From assembly GCA_039188275.1 (NCBI GenBank), contig JBCCZD010000001.1, positions 7,010 through 71,009 of the forward strand: a stretch of DNA of 64,000 nucleotides, written 5' to 3'. The translations under genes and the position numbers were made by a program. The notes under the pieces are model-generated. The model did no database searches. It was not told the DNA's origin and was given only the letters and a program-made list of their open reading frames with translations. Shown piece after piece: positions 1 to 8,828 of the stretch; position 1 is the stretch's first letter, and every line of letters starts with the position of its first letter. This DNA comes from Planctomycetota bacterium. Lineage in GTDB: Bacteria > Planctomycetota > Planctomycetia > Pirellulales > Lacipirellulaceae.

Positions 1-109
1 CGACACTCTTTATTGACACATGCACAAGCAAGTTGACAGGCCGACCAACGGGAGTGCCGGCGTTTAGCCGGGAGACCGCTGCTGCGACGTCAAGTTCCTT
101 CTGCATCCA

Positions 110-304
110 TCAATAAGTCTTCAGAGTCTGAATGACCTGTCTCGTCGTGTGCGCACACAGTCCAGTCAGGCTTGCCCAACCCAACCAGCCCGTGGATGCG
201 TCGAGAAGGCTAGAAAGAGAGAGTATCGCTAATGCGGTAAACGGTGTTACGCAGCAAACGCAAACGACCCAGGCGGGCAGCTGCCCGTTGATGGACGACT
301 TCAT
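110..304 (-). CDS. hypothetical small hydrophobic protein (64 aa)
   Basis: The ATG overlaps the stop of ORF 301..708 in an ATGA junction (301-304). It has two hydrophobic stretches and lies in visibly lower-GC DNA. No family recognised. Confidence 0.35.
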   Translation of the reverse strand: MKSSINGQLPAWVVCVCCVTPFTALAILSLSSLLDASTGWLGWASLTGLCAHTTRQVIQTLKTY

Positions 305-708
305 TGCTTGCCCTCCATGTCGACTTCGATTCTCTTTGTCTCATCGATGAACTCGCGTGTTCGCTTAAGAGCTTCTTTAAACAGCTCCGGTACGTGCCGA
401 AGCATGTCTGCACGCTGTGTTCCACTCCACTCGTCGTAGAACGAAGTATTTTCTGTCTCATCCGGCTCAAAGTATGTCGTGATACCCAGGCGACGAACGC
501 CCGAGTGCTTTTTCCAAACGAGATAGGTTCGCTCCTCGTACTCTGGGTCGTGTCTAACTAAGCAGCTCACCGTTCCAGGTATTGGCAGCCTGCTCAGTTC
601 ATCAGCGATCGCGGACCACGTAGTGTCTAGCCGCTTGTAGGCTGCGCTTACTTCTTCGCGGAGTGCTTCTATGGGCGCGGAGAGTGCGCGCAGATTCACA
701 TCAGCCAT
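301..708 (-). CDS. hypothetical protein (135 aa)
   Basis: Clean ATG-started ORF with a balanced, charged composition in a lower-GC patch. Translationally coupled to ORF 110..304. No family recognised. Confidence 0.5.
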   Translation of the reverse strand: MADVNLRALSAPIEALREEVSAAYKRLDTTWSAIADELSRLPIPGTVSCLVRHDPEYEERTYLVWKKHSGVRRLGITTYFEPDETENTSFYDEWSGTQRADMLRHVPELFKEALKRTREFIDETKRIEVDMEGKQ

Positions 709-893
709 TTCGGCCTACCTTCTCCTCCATCTCGGAGGGGTTAGGGAAGAACTTCGGCGCCCGTCAGGGCACTAACTTGTGCAGTCAGCACATCAAAATA
801 GTATCGCTTCAGCCGCAGCCGGTCAAACTACCGCACTGCCATCCCCCAATCCCCAACGTCATCCCCACATCCTCCTACCCGAACGCCGCCAGC

Positions 894-951
894 CTACCCC
901 GTCGTCCGCATGCCGGCGGCGACGCCTTTGATCGCGCGTTGGGTGAGGCGG
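894..951 (-). repeat. displaced duplicate of the ppc 3' terminus (att-like direct repeat, copy 1)
   Basis: 52 of 58 nt are identical to 1951..2008. On the minus strand it translates to RLTQRAIKGVAAGMRTTG followed by TAG. The internal differences from the live ppc end are synonymous third-position changes. Confidence 0.85.
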
Positions 952-980
952 AGGCAAGAGTAACGGTTGGGAGTGGGGAG

Positions 981-1163
981 TTAACGCCGCTCTTCCAAGC
1001 GAATTGAATGCGCCGGTGTACGCACGACCTTGCCGTCACGCCACTCGACGAGTGGAACGTTGTGAAATTGATGTCTACGCACCACGTCTTGAGCCGCCAA
1101 CCGCATCGCCTCTTCGATTGCTTCCTTGGAGATTCGGCTACTGAATTTATTGTCGCTGCTCAT
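981..1163 (-). CDS. small hypothetical protein (60 aa), possible partner of the neighbouring zeta-like kinase
   Basis: ATG-started ORF MSSDNKFSSRISKEAIEEAMRLAAQDVV..., on the same strand and directly downstream of the P-loop kinase gene. The partner role is assigned from context only. Confidence 0.45.
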   Translation of the reverse strand: MSSDNKFSSRISKEAIEEAMRLAAQDVVRRHQFHNVPLVEWRDGKVVRTPAHSIRLEERR

Positions 1164-1232
1164 TCAAAAACCTCCGACTGTCTAGCAGCCTGTTGATTTA
1201 CTCGACTGGCTGCGATCGGCACGGTGCCGATC

Positions 1233-1327
1233 CAAAACAACGGGCGCCAAGGCCGTTGTTTTGCGAGCCGCGAAGAGCTTGCTCTGAGCTTGGCGAGGTT
1301 GAAAAACGCCAGGACCGCGTTTTTCAA
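1233..1327 (+). repeat. structured dispersed repeat, copy A (three hairpins)
   Basis: Two perfect 11-bp stems: caaaacaacgg/ccgttgttttg and ttgaaaaacgc/gcgtttttcaa. The central core is ttttgcgagccgcgaRgagcttgctcYgagcttggcgagg. It is near-identical to the reverse complement of 46858..46950. Confidence 0.85.
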
Positions 1328-1334
1328 CAGGCTG

Positions 1335-1929
1335 CTAGCTCTCACTGGTTAGGGCCCGCCATGGCTGCTGGGAATAGATCAACGGCTCTCCTCCACGCCC
1401 ACCCTGAGCGATCATACCGAAACCCGTGGCAACCGATGCGTCGATTAGCCGCCAAGAGTCGGCAAATGGCAGATACAGCCGCCGCAGGTTGTGGGTACCC
1501 CGGACGTAGCGACGGCGGATGACTTCCTCTGGGATATCATGACCGCCAAGTCGAACACGCTCGGCGACGCGAGCAATCGCCATTTCTACGTTTGGCAGCC
1601 ACAAGAAGAGCAAGTGAACGCGATACCCCTCTCGCTGCCGACGCTTCAGCCATGGAGCGAATGATCGCGTAGCGAGCGTAGTCTCAAAAGCAAAGCTCTC
1701 GCCGGCGTTAGCGAGCTCGGTGACTCGGCTCAACAGGATTCGTCCCGCGCGGAAAGCAGCTTTTTCGGGTGAGAAGGCCGATAGGCCCACCGCGATGGCA
1801 TCCGCATTGACGAACTCATTGACACCGAATGGGCCCAGCAGCAGCCGTTCGGCGCACGTTGACTTTCCAGCTCCATTCGGGCCGAGATAACGACTACGCG
1901 GGGCGTTGAACGATCAGTCGGTGCTTGTT
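1335..1929 (-). pseudogene. zeta-toxin-like P-loop kinase/ATPase (COG4185-like), frameshifted in Walker A
   Basis: ATG 1929 opens MTEEQAPTDRSTPRVVVIS. The Walker A motif GPNGAGKST and the remaining ~170 aa (to stop 1335) are in another frame. Restoring one G in tcggcc would give VVVISGPNGAGKST. Confidence 0.7.
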
Positions 1930-1950
1930 CTTCGGTCATCGCAGAAGCAT

Positions 1951-2008
1951 TCACCCCGTTGTCCGCATGCCCGCGGCGACGCCTTTGATTGCCCGTTGGG
2001 TGAGGCGG
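1951..2008 (-). repeat. ppc 3' terminus (att-like direct repeat, copy 2; part of the live gene)
   Basis: Matches 894..951. Encodes the same 18 C-terminal residues and ends in TGA. Confidence 0.85.
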
Positions 2009-4728
2009 CTGAGCTCTTCGGCTTGGGCTTCGGTCAGGTCGGTCGCGGCGGCGGCGCGGCGCATCAGCTCGATCTGCACGAAGTTCAGCGGGTCGACGTA
2101 CCCGTTGCGGACCAGGATCGACCGCCGCAGCCACGGCGTTTCGTCCAGCAGCTCTTCGCACCCGACGATGGTGCAGACCGCCTCGCGGGTGCGGTCGTAC
2201 TCCTCGCGCAGCAGTTGGGCGATCTCCGTCGCGGCGGCCGGGTCGTCGGACTGGTCGATCGCCTGCGTCGCGTACCGGCGGAAGACGCGCATGTTGCTCT
2301 TGGCCATCGCGAGGGTCGAGTTATCGATAGTCGCCCGGAAGAAAGGCCAGTTCTCGTACATGTCGGCCAGCAGGTCCGTGGCGTTGTCGGCCTGGGCCCG
2401 GAACCGCTCGACCGCGGCGCCGACGCCGTACCACGCGGGCAGCAGCGCCCGGCACTGCGTCCAGGAGAAGACCCAAGGGATGGCCCGCAGGTCTTCGATG
2501 CGGTCCCCCTTCTTCCGCTTGGCGGGGCGGGAGCCGATCCGCAGGCCCTCGATGCCGGCGATCGGCGTGGCGGTGCGGAAGAACGGGACGAAGCCCGCGT
2601 GGTCGACCAGCTCGCGGTAACCGGCCAACGCCAGCTCGGACATCTGCTGGATCGCGGCGGCCCAATCGGGGTTCAGCTCGCCCGGCTGCGCGGCCCGCGT
2701 AGTGAGCACGCTCCAGACGACCTGCTCCAGGTGGCGGTGCGCGATCCGCGGGTCGTCGTACCGCTCGGCGAGCACCTCGCCCTGCTCGGTGAGGCGCAGC
2801 GAACCGTCGAAGGCCTCGGTCGGCAGCGACTGGATCGCCCGCGCCGCGGGACCGCCGCCACGGCCCAGCGAGCCGCCCCGGCCATGGAAAAAAGTGAGGT
2901 CGACGCCCCGCTCGGCGGCCGCCTTGCTGAGCTCGATCTGGGCGCCCTGCAGCGACCACGCGGCCGCCAGGTAGCCGCCGTCTTTGGTGCTGTCGGAGTA
3001 GCCGATCATGACGATCTGCCGGTCGCCCAGCTCCGCGACGTGCTCGCGGTAAACGGGGATGTCGAGCGTCGTGGTGAGGATGTCGGTCGCGGCGGTCAGG
3101 TCGCCGATCGTCTCGAACAGCGGCGCCACCGGCAGGTGGGCGGTCGCGTCGTGCTCGTCGCGGCCGACGCTCGACACGCCGCCCGTCCGCTCGGACCACT
3201 TCCACAACCACAGCACGGTGAGCAGGTCGCTCGGGGCGGCGGTCATGCTGATCACGTGGCAGCCGAGCACCTCCATCCCAAACCGCCGCGCGACCCGCCG
3301 GAGGACGCGGAACAGGTCGAGCGTCTTGCGGGCGTCTTCGGAGAGGTCGACCGGCGACAAGTTCGCGGCGATCGGCATCGTCCGCAGCAGCATCGCCTGC
3401 CGGGCGGCCTCGTCCAGCGGCGGGTCGCCCGCCTTGGTGAACTGCGTCGCGAGCCAAATCTCGTCCATCACCGCCCGGTAAACGCCCGAGTGCTGGCGGA
3501 CGTCGAGCCGCGCCGTGCACAGCCCGAACGCCGCGACCTGGTCGAGCCACGGCTGCACCTCCGCGGCCACCAGGTCGGCATTGCCCGTCGCGGCCAGCGT
3601 GTCGGCGAGCAGCTGCACGTCGCCCCGCAGTTGGCAGAACGAGCCGTAGTCGCCCGGCAGCGGCGCGTCGTCCAGCCCCGTCGCGGCGGTCTGCGCCAGC
3701 CGCCACTCGATGATCTTCAGCCAACGCCGGTAGCCCTCGTGCGGGGCGAGCCGCTCGAGCATCGCGGCCGTCTCGGGCCACTCGCCCACGGCGCGGTCGA
3801 CCGCGTCCAGCATCGCCCCGCCGCTGCCGGCCCGCTCGGTCGCCAGGCTCAGCGACTCGAATAACCGCTGGCACGCCTCGGCGTGCGCCGACAGCGCCGA
3901 CCGGCGGAGCCACATGATCGTCTCCTCGGTCGTCTCCGGCAGCACGTAAGGGTGGCCGTCCCGGTCCCCCCCCATCCACGAGCCAAACCGCAGCACCCGC
4001 GGCGCCGCGACCCCGGCGCCCGGGAAGTACTCGTCGATCGCGTCCCGCAGCTCTCGCAGCACCCGCGGCACGGTGCGCCACAGCACCGGCTGGATCGACA
4101 GCCCGCGGCGGACCTCCTCCATCACCGTCGGCGGGTGGGGACGCACCAGGTCGGTCTGCCACATCTTGACGATCTCGCCCCGCAGGCGCTGCTCGGCGAG
4201 CGCCTTCTCGGCGGGCAGCAGCCCCTCTTCGTCGACGGTGGAGAGCAGCCCGCGGATCGCCCGCAGCTTCGAGCGGAGCGACTTGCGCTTCGCCTCGGTC
4301 GGGTGCGCGGTGAAGACCAGCTCGATGTCGACCGCCGCCACCGCCTCGGCCAGCTGCTCGGCCGACAGCCCCCGCGCCGCGAGCTCTTGCAGCCCCGCGC
4401 GGATCGACTCCCGGCGGGGCTCCGGCGCGTGCTCCAGCTCCCGGCTACGCAGCGCGCGGACCCGCTGCCGGTCTTCGGCCAGGTTGGCCAGCTCCAAAAA
4501 GCCGGTGAACGCCTTGATGACCACCAGCAGGTCGTCGCCGCCCAGGTCCTTGAGCAGCGCCGCCAGCCGGTCGCCCGCGGCGTCGTCCCCGTCGCGGAAC
4601 TGCCGGGCCAGGCCGCGGACCTCCTCGACCAGGTTGAACGCGTCGCCCCCCGCGAACCGGTGGAGCACGTCGCCAAACAGCCGGCCCAGGTGCGCAATCT
4701 CTCGGCGGAGCGGTTCGGTATCGGCCAT
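1951..4728 (-). CDS. ppc: phosphoenolpyruvate carboxylase
   Basis: PEPC signatures TAHPTEAKRKS, VMIGYSDSTKDGGY and FHGRGGSLGRGGGP, plus the C-terminal GMRTTG. Start set at ATG 4728 (MADTEPLRREIAHLG), not the ORF-track extension to 5229. Confidence 0.95.
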   Translation of the reverse strand: MADTEPLRREIAHLGRLFGDVLHRFAGGDAFNLVEEVRGLARQFRDGDDAAGDRLAALLKDLGGDDLLVVIKAFTGFLELANLAEDRQRVRALRSRELEHAPEPRRESIRAGLQELAARGLSAEQLAEAVAAVDIELVFTAHPTEAKRKSLRSKLRAIRGLLSTVDEEGLLPAEKALAEQRLRGEIVKMWQTDLVRPHPPTVMEEVRRGLSIQPVLWRTVPRVLRELRDAIDEYFPGAGVAAPRVLRFGSWMGGDRDGHPYVLPETTEETIMWLRRSALSAHAEACQRLFESLSLATERAGSGGAMLDAVDRAVGEWPETAAMLERLAPHEGYRRWLKIIEWRLAQTAATGLDDAPLPGDYGSFCQLRGDVQLLADTLAATGNADLVAAEVQPWLDQVAAFGLCTARLDVRQHSGVYRAVMDEIWLATQFTKAGDPPLDEAARQAMLLRTMPIAANLSPVDLSEDARKTLDLFRVLRRVARRFGMEVLGCHVISMTAAPSDLLTVLWLWKWSERTGGVSSVGRDEHDATAHLPVAPLFETIGDLTAATDILTTTLDIPVYREHVAELGDRQIVMIGYSDSTKDGGYLAAAWSLQGAQIELSKAAAERGVDLTFFHGRGGSLGRGGGPAARAIQSLPTEAFDGSLRLTEQGEVLAERYDDPRIAHRHLEQVVWSVLTTRAAQPGELNPDWAAAIQQMSELALAGYRELVDHAGFVPFFRTATPIAGIEGLRIGSRPAKRKKGDRIEDLRAIPWVFSWTQCRALLPAWYGVGAAVERFRAQADNATDLLADMYENWPFFRATIDNSTLAMAKSNMRVFRRYATQAIDQSDDPAAATEIAQLLREEYDRTREAVCTIVGCEELLDETPWLRRSILVRNGYVDPLNFVQIELMRRAAAATDLTEAQAEELSRLTQRAIKGVAAGMRTTG

Positions 4729-4810
4729 GGCGGTGGGGGGGCTCGGGGGGACGCAAACCGGCGGAGCCGCCAGCATCGCCCAAACCCCGCGCTCGGACAA
4801 GCCAGCCCAC

Positions 4811-5194
4811 CTAACCGCCGACGGCCGCCTTACCGCCACTCGGCAACGCATCTCCCTCGCCCGGCAACGCGTCGAGCCAGCCTTGAACCTGCTCCACCCT
4901 GTGAGGCATACCGATCTCGGCAAAGAGCCGGCGGCTCCGGTTCCACGAATCGCGAGCGCCGGCCGAATCGCCCCGCGTTTGGTAGAGGTTCCCGAGGTTG
5001 CCGTAGGCGATCGCTTGGTAGACTTCGTCTGGACCGGCGAGTGAGAGCACCTTCTTGTACGCCGCTTCGGCGGCGGGCAGATCGCCCCGCAGCTTCTGCA
5101 AATGCCCAAGACGATGGACGGCGTCGATATCGTCGGGGTTGGCTTCGAGGATCGTCTCAAGCTGTTGGTGGGCAACCGCGTGCCGCGCGGGCAC
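4811..5194 (-). CDS. TPR-repeat protein
   Basis: TPR-like helices (AEAAYKKVLSL..., AIAYGNLGNLYQTRGDSAGARDSWNRSRRLF). GTG start, so the 5' boundary is uncertain. Confidence 0.55.
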   Translation of the reverse strand: MPARHAVAHQQLETILEANPDDIDAVHRLGHLQKLRGDLPAAEAAYKKVLSLAGPDEVYQAIAYGNLGNLYQTRGDSAGARDSWNRSRRLFAEIGMPHRVEQVQGWLDALPGEGDALPSGGKAAVGG

Positions 5195-5425
5195 GACACC
5201 CGAGTGGCAAGAGACTCGCGGGTGGCCAAGAATCGTTGGCGTGGCCTACGAATGGCGGCCTAAAACCGGTTGCAGAAGTTTGGCGATCCGCGCGGTAGCC
5301 TAACAATCCAACGCTTCTACCCGCACGCCAGCGCCTCTCCCCCCGCGCGGCATCGGGCGGCGGGCGCCGGCGCAAGTCGTTACGCGTCGGCAAGCGGGGC
5401 GGTTGGTCGGGCGCATCAGGGCCCG

Positions 5426-5458
5426 AAAAAACACCGCGGCGACAATCCCGCCGGCGTG
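5426..5458 (-). terminator. candidate intrinsic terminator of infC
   Basis: On the minus strand there is a hairpin cacgccggcg / cgccgcggtg (3+5 bp with a 2x2 internal loop and a 7-nt loop). Six U follow directly (A-run 5426-5431 on the plus strand). Confidence 0.4.
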
Positions 5459-5516
5459 CAAAAAAAGAACTGTGCCAACCGGCGCACCCATGGCGAGCGG
5501 GATCAGCCCCAGCCCG

Positions 5517-5587
5517 CCAGTTCCCCAGTCTCCAGTTCCCCAGTCTCCAGTTCCCCAGTCTCCAGTTCCCCAGTCCCCAGTCCCCAA
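5517..5587. repeat. 15-bp tandem repeat (ccagttccccagtct), about 4.7 copies
   Basis: Three perfect units, one unit with a single mismatch, and a partial unit. Located between the infC stop (5607) and the candidate terminator. Confidence 0.95.
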
Positions 5588-5606
5588 CCCCCGCGGCGCA
5601 GCCGCC

Positions 5607-6140
5607 TCACTTCGGGGCGTAGATCACCACAATCCGCCGGCCCTGCATGCCGGGGTGCTGCTCGAGCTTCGCGACGTCTTCGAGCTCCTTGGTGAGCCGC
5701 TCGACAAGCTTGAAGCCTTCGTCGACGTGGGCGTTCTCGCGGCCGCGGAAGATGACCGAGAAGATGACCTTGTCTTTCTGCGCGAGGAACTTCTTCGCGC
5801 GGTTGACCTTGGTCATGAAGTCGTGCTCGCCGATCTTGGGGCGTAGCCGGACTTCTTTGTTCTGGCTCTGGTGGGTGTGGCCCTTGTGCTGCCGCTTCTT
5901 CTGCTGGTACTTGAACTTGCCGAAGTCCATGATCCGGCAGACGGGCGGCTTTTCGAGCGGGGCGACTTCGACCAGGTCCATGCCGGCCTTCTTCGCCCGC
6001 TCGAGCGCCTCCTCGGTGGGGATGACGCCGAGCTGCTCGCCGGTTTCGGAGATCACGCGGACCGGGGTGATCCGGATCTGCTCGTTGATTCGCTGCTGTT
6101 TGTTGTTGGGCGGACGGTCACCAGAACGTAGACGGGACAA
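5607..6140 (-). CDS. infC: translation initiation factor IF-3
   Basis: INEQIRITPVRVISETGEQLGV..., MDLVEVAP...PVCRIMDFGKFKY. Non-ATG (TTG) start preceded by AGGAG at a 5-nt spacing, as expected for autoregulated infC. Sits downstream of thrS. Confidence 0.9.
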   Translation of the reverse strand: MSRLRSGDRPPNNKQQRINEQIRITPVRVISETGEQLGVIPTEEALERAKKAGMDLVEVAPLEKPPVCRIMDFGKFKYQQKKRQHKGHTHQSQNKEVRLRPKIGEHDFMTKVNRAKKFLAQKDKVIFSVIFRGRENAHVDEGFKLVERLTKELEDVAKLEQHPGMQGRRIVVIYAPK

Positions 6141-6268
6141 CTCGACTCCTGCGGGGGGTGAAGGGGCCGGCCGGAAACCCGACCGGAATCTCCGGAAGTA
6201 TTGGTTATGTAAGCGGTCGGCGTCAACTCTCGGGCGGCCTGAGCCGCGAGGCCGAGGCCGCCCAGCAA

Positions 6269-8224
6269 CTACAGCCGGACCCGCTTGCTAGCGATCTCCT
6301 CGCGGAGCTTGCCGACCGCGTCGTCGAGGCTCATGGCGCCCAGATCGCCCTCCTTGCGGTCGCGCAGGGTGACCGTCCCCGCGTCGCGGTCCTTCTCGCC
6401 GATGACGAACATGTAGGGGATGAGGTCGAGCTGGCCGTCGCGGATCTTGGCGCCCAGCTTCACGCCGCGGAAGTCGCCCTCGGCCCGCAGGCCGGCGACG
6501 CGGAGCTGCTGCTGGACCTCACGGCCGTAGGCCTCGGACTTCTCGCTGACGGTGAGGACGCGGACCTGCTCGGGGGCGAGCCACAGCGGGAAGGCGCCGC
6601 TGAAGTGCTCGATCAAGACGCCGATGAAGCGCTCCATGCTGCCCAGCGGCGCGCGGTGGATCATCACCGGGCGGTGGGGGGCGTTGTCCTGGCCGATGTA
6701 CTCCAGGTCGAAGCGTTCGGCGCTGGGCAGGTTGTAGTCGAGCTGCACGGTGCCGAGCTGCCACTCGCGGCCGATGCAGTCGGTGACGACAAAGTCGATC
6801 TTCGGCCCGTAGAAGGCGGCCTCGCCCGGCTCGGGTTCGCAGCCGGGCAGGTTCATCTCCTTGGCGACGCGCTCGATGGCGGCCTCGGCGCGGTCCCACA
6901 GCTCGGCTCCGCCGACGTACTTCGAGCTGTCGGGGTCGCGGAAGCCGAGCCGGACGCGGTAGTCGTCCATGCCGAGCGACTTGAGGACGCCCTGGGTCAT
7001 CTCTAGGCAGCCGCGCACTTCTTCTTCGACCTGCTCTTCGGTGCAGAAGATGTGGGCGTCGTCCTGCGTGAAGCCCCGCACGCGGGTCATGCCGCTCAGC
7101 TCGCCCGACTGCTCGTACCGGTAGACGGCGCCGAACTCCGCGAGCCGGACCGGCAGGTCGCGGTAGCTGCGCGGCTTGGCCTTGTAGATCATGATGTGGT
7201 GCGGGCAGTTCATCGGCTTGAGCAGGTACCGCTCGCCGTCGTCCATGTCGATGGGCGCGAACTGGCTGTCGCTGTAGTACGGGTAGTGGCCCGAGGTCTC
7301 GTAGAGCTCGACCCGACCGATGGCGGGGCTGTAGACCGTGTCGTAGCCGCGCCGGCGTAGCTCGTCCTTTAGGTAGTCCTCAAGCGCCTGCCGGATGACC
7401 GCCCCCTTCGGCAGCCAGAGGATCAGGCCGGAGCCGACTTTGGGGTCGACGGTGAACAGCTCCAGCCGCTTGCCCAGCACCCGGTGGTCCCGCTTCTTGG
7501 CTTCTTCGAGGCGCTCCAGGTGCTCCTTCAGCTCGGCTTTGTCGAAGAAGGCGGTCGCGTAGAGCCGCTGGAGCTGCTCACGGTTGGCGTCGCCCTTCCA
7601 GTAGGCGCCGGCGACCGACAGCAGCTTGAAGGCCTTGCCCAGGTGGCCGGTGCTGGGGATGTGGACCCCCCGGCAGAGGTCGATGAACTCGCCCTGCCGG
7701 TAGAACGAAACCTCGTCCTCGTCGCCGAGGCCGGTCTCGAGGTGCTCGACCTTAAACTTCTGATCGAGCTCCCGGCAGAGGGCGAGCGCCTCGTCCTTGG
7801 GCTTCTCCATCCGCTCAAACGCTTCATTCTCCTTGACGATCCGCTTCATCTCGGCCTCGATCGCGGCGAAGTCTTCTTCGCCGAGCGAGCGGTCGAGCGC
7901 CAGGTCGTAGTAGAAGCCGGCGTCGGTCACCGGGCCGAAGGCGAGCTGCACGCCCGGGAAGAGCCGCATCACCGCCTGGGCCATGATGTGCGCCGCCGAG
8001 TGCCGCATGATCGCCAGCGCCTCGGGGTCGCGCTTGGTGAACAGCCGCAGCCGCACGTCGCCCGCGTCGGGCAGGCGGTAGCTGAGGTCGCGCGGGGCGC
8101 CGTCGACCTCGGCGGCGACGGCGGCCTTCGCCAAGCCGGGGCCGATCGCCTCGGCGACGCCGAGGCACGTGGTCGGTTCGGAGAACTCGCGGGCGGAGCC
8201 GTCCGGTAGGTGGACTTTGAGCAT
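6269..8224 (-). CDS. thrS: threonine--tRNA ligase
   Basis: N-terminus [10 protein letters not shown] (TGS-like) and a class II core ([43 protein letters not shown]). ATG 8224 is preferred over the TTG at 8245. Confidence 0.95.
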   Translation of the reverse strand: MLKVHLPDGSAREFSEPTTCLGVAEAIGPGLAKAAVAAEVDGAPRDLSYRLPDAGDVRLRLFTKRDPEALAIMRHSAAHIMAQAVMRLFPGVQLAFGPVTDAGFYYDLALDRSLGEEDFAAIEAEMKRIVKENEAFERMEKPKDEALALCRELDQKFKVEHLETGLGDEDEVSFYRQGEFIDLCRGVHIPSTGHLGKAFKLLSVAGAYWKGDANREQLQRLYATAFFDKAELKEHLERLEEAKKRDHRVLGKRLELFTVDPKVGSGLILWLPKGAVIRQALEDYLKDELRRRGYDTVYSPAIGRVELYETSGHYPYYSDSQFAPIDMDDGERYLLKPMNCPHHIMIYKAKPRSYRDLPVRLAEFGAVYRYEQSGELSGMTRVRGFTQDDAHIFCTEEQVEEEVRGCLEMTQGVLKSLGMDDYRVRLGFRDPDSSKYVGGAELWDRAEAAIERVAKEMNLPGCEPEPGEAAFYGPKIDFVVTDCIGREWQLGTVQLDYNLPSAERFDLEYIGQDNAPHRPVMIHRAPLGSMERFIGVLIEHFSGAFPLWLAPEQVRVLTVSEKSEAYGREVQQQLRVAGLRAEGDFRGVKLGAKIRDGQLDLIPYMFVIGEKDRDAGTVTLRDRKEGDLGAMSLDDAVGKLREEIASKRVRL

Positions 8225-8536
8225 GGGTTCGCGGGAGGCGGACAAGTGGGGCTTGAGTAAGGATTCACGGCGCCGACAACGCCACCGATCGGACCCCGAG
8301 TATATCGGCTATCGACGCATGCACGAACGGCGCGACGGCTCAAGTCGGCGACCCTCGCGGTCTTTCCCTCGACGCCGCCCCCGCCTTGCCGGCGGCATTG
8401 CTAGCGACCGAGCGAGAAGTCGGGTTCTTTATTGGATTCGATCTTGTCCCGACTGCCGATCCGGCGAAACTGCGGGTGGGGCTGGCGCCGGGTTGAATTC
8501 GATCCGCCGCGAGCCCTTTTGCGTAGGCGTCCCACC

Positions 8537-8571
8537 AAGCCACCTCCCACCCTGAAGCCACCTCCCACCCT
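8537..8571. repeat. 18-bp period direct repeat (aagccacctcccaccct, two copies)
   Basis: Two identical 17-mers spaced 18 bp apart in the thrS / PEP-CTERM divergent intergenic region. Confidence 0.9.
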
Positions 8572-8737
8572 TCTGATCCGCGGCGCCGGGTCCCAACGCG
8601 GGGCCGGCGTCTTAGTCACGGCCTCACCAGGTTTCTTCCCCCAGCGAAAGGCGTGCGCGTGACGGCACCCGACGCAAGTAGTGCGTTCGATTGATGCCCG
8701 TCAACCGACGGGCAACGAGGGGCATTTAGGCTCGAAC

Positions 8738-8757
8738 GTCTCGGCACGTGCCGAGAC
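8738..8757. promoter_or_regulatory. perfect 20-bp palindrome, candidate operator or leader hairpin
   Basis: gtctcggcac|gtgccgagac, about 70 nt upstream of the ATG at 8829. Confidence 0.3.
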
Positions 8758-8828
8758 AGCTCCGGCGGGTTCCTACCGCCGGGGCCGTCTTTCACCGCAG
8801 GAACCCTTTAATCGAAAAGGGGGTGCGT

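Larger units (their letters stand above)
952..1950. mobile_element. putative integrated islet between the two ppc-3' repeats (no integrase in window)
   Basis: Bounded by the 58-bp direct repeats. GC is lower than in the flanking core genes. Cargo is a small ORF, a REP-like element and a frameshifted zeta-like kinase. Confidence 0.4.

Noticed and set aside
1906-5298. Very long ORFs overlapping ppc on the other strand or in other frames (1906..3864 +, 2321..4162 -, 3883..5298 +, 4073..5044 +, and others)
   Set aside because: The translations are Arg/Ala/Gly/Pro-rich with no motifs. They overlap a gene with unambiguous PEPC signatures. This is the usual stop-codon-poor shadow of high-GC coding DNA. 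The same applies to comparable antisense ORFs over thrS, rpsA, argS, the kinase, the glycoside-hydrolase-like gene and mnmA (for example 62172..63899 -).
5300-5587. 95-aa ORF starting with GDWGT pentapeptide repeats downstream of infC
   Set aside because: It has a TTG start with no RBS. The repeat is better explained as a 15-bp tandem repeat in the 3' UTR. The ORF crosses the hairpin plus U-tract terminator and ends in Arg-rich noise.
5517-5587. Possible CRISPR array (regular short repeats here and at 14700, 28012 and 41721)
   Set aside because: The units are contiguous (13-18 bp) with no spacers. There are no cas genes. Several lie in frame inside genes.
8470-8520. tRNA-like T-arm (gggttgaattcgatccgcc)
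   Set aside because: It does not match the GGTTCGAATCC-type T-loop. No acceptor or anticodon stems can be drawn around it.
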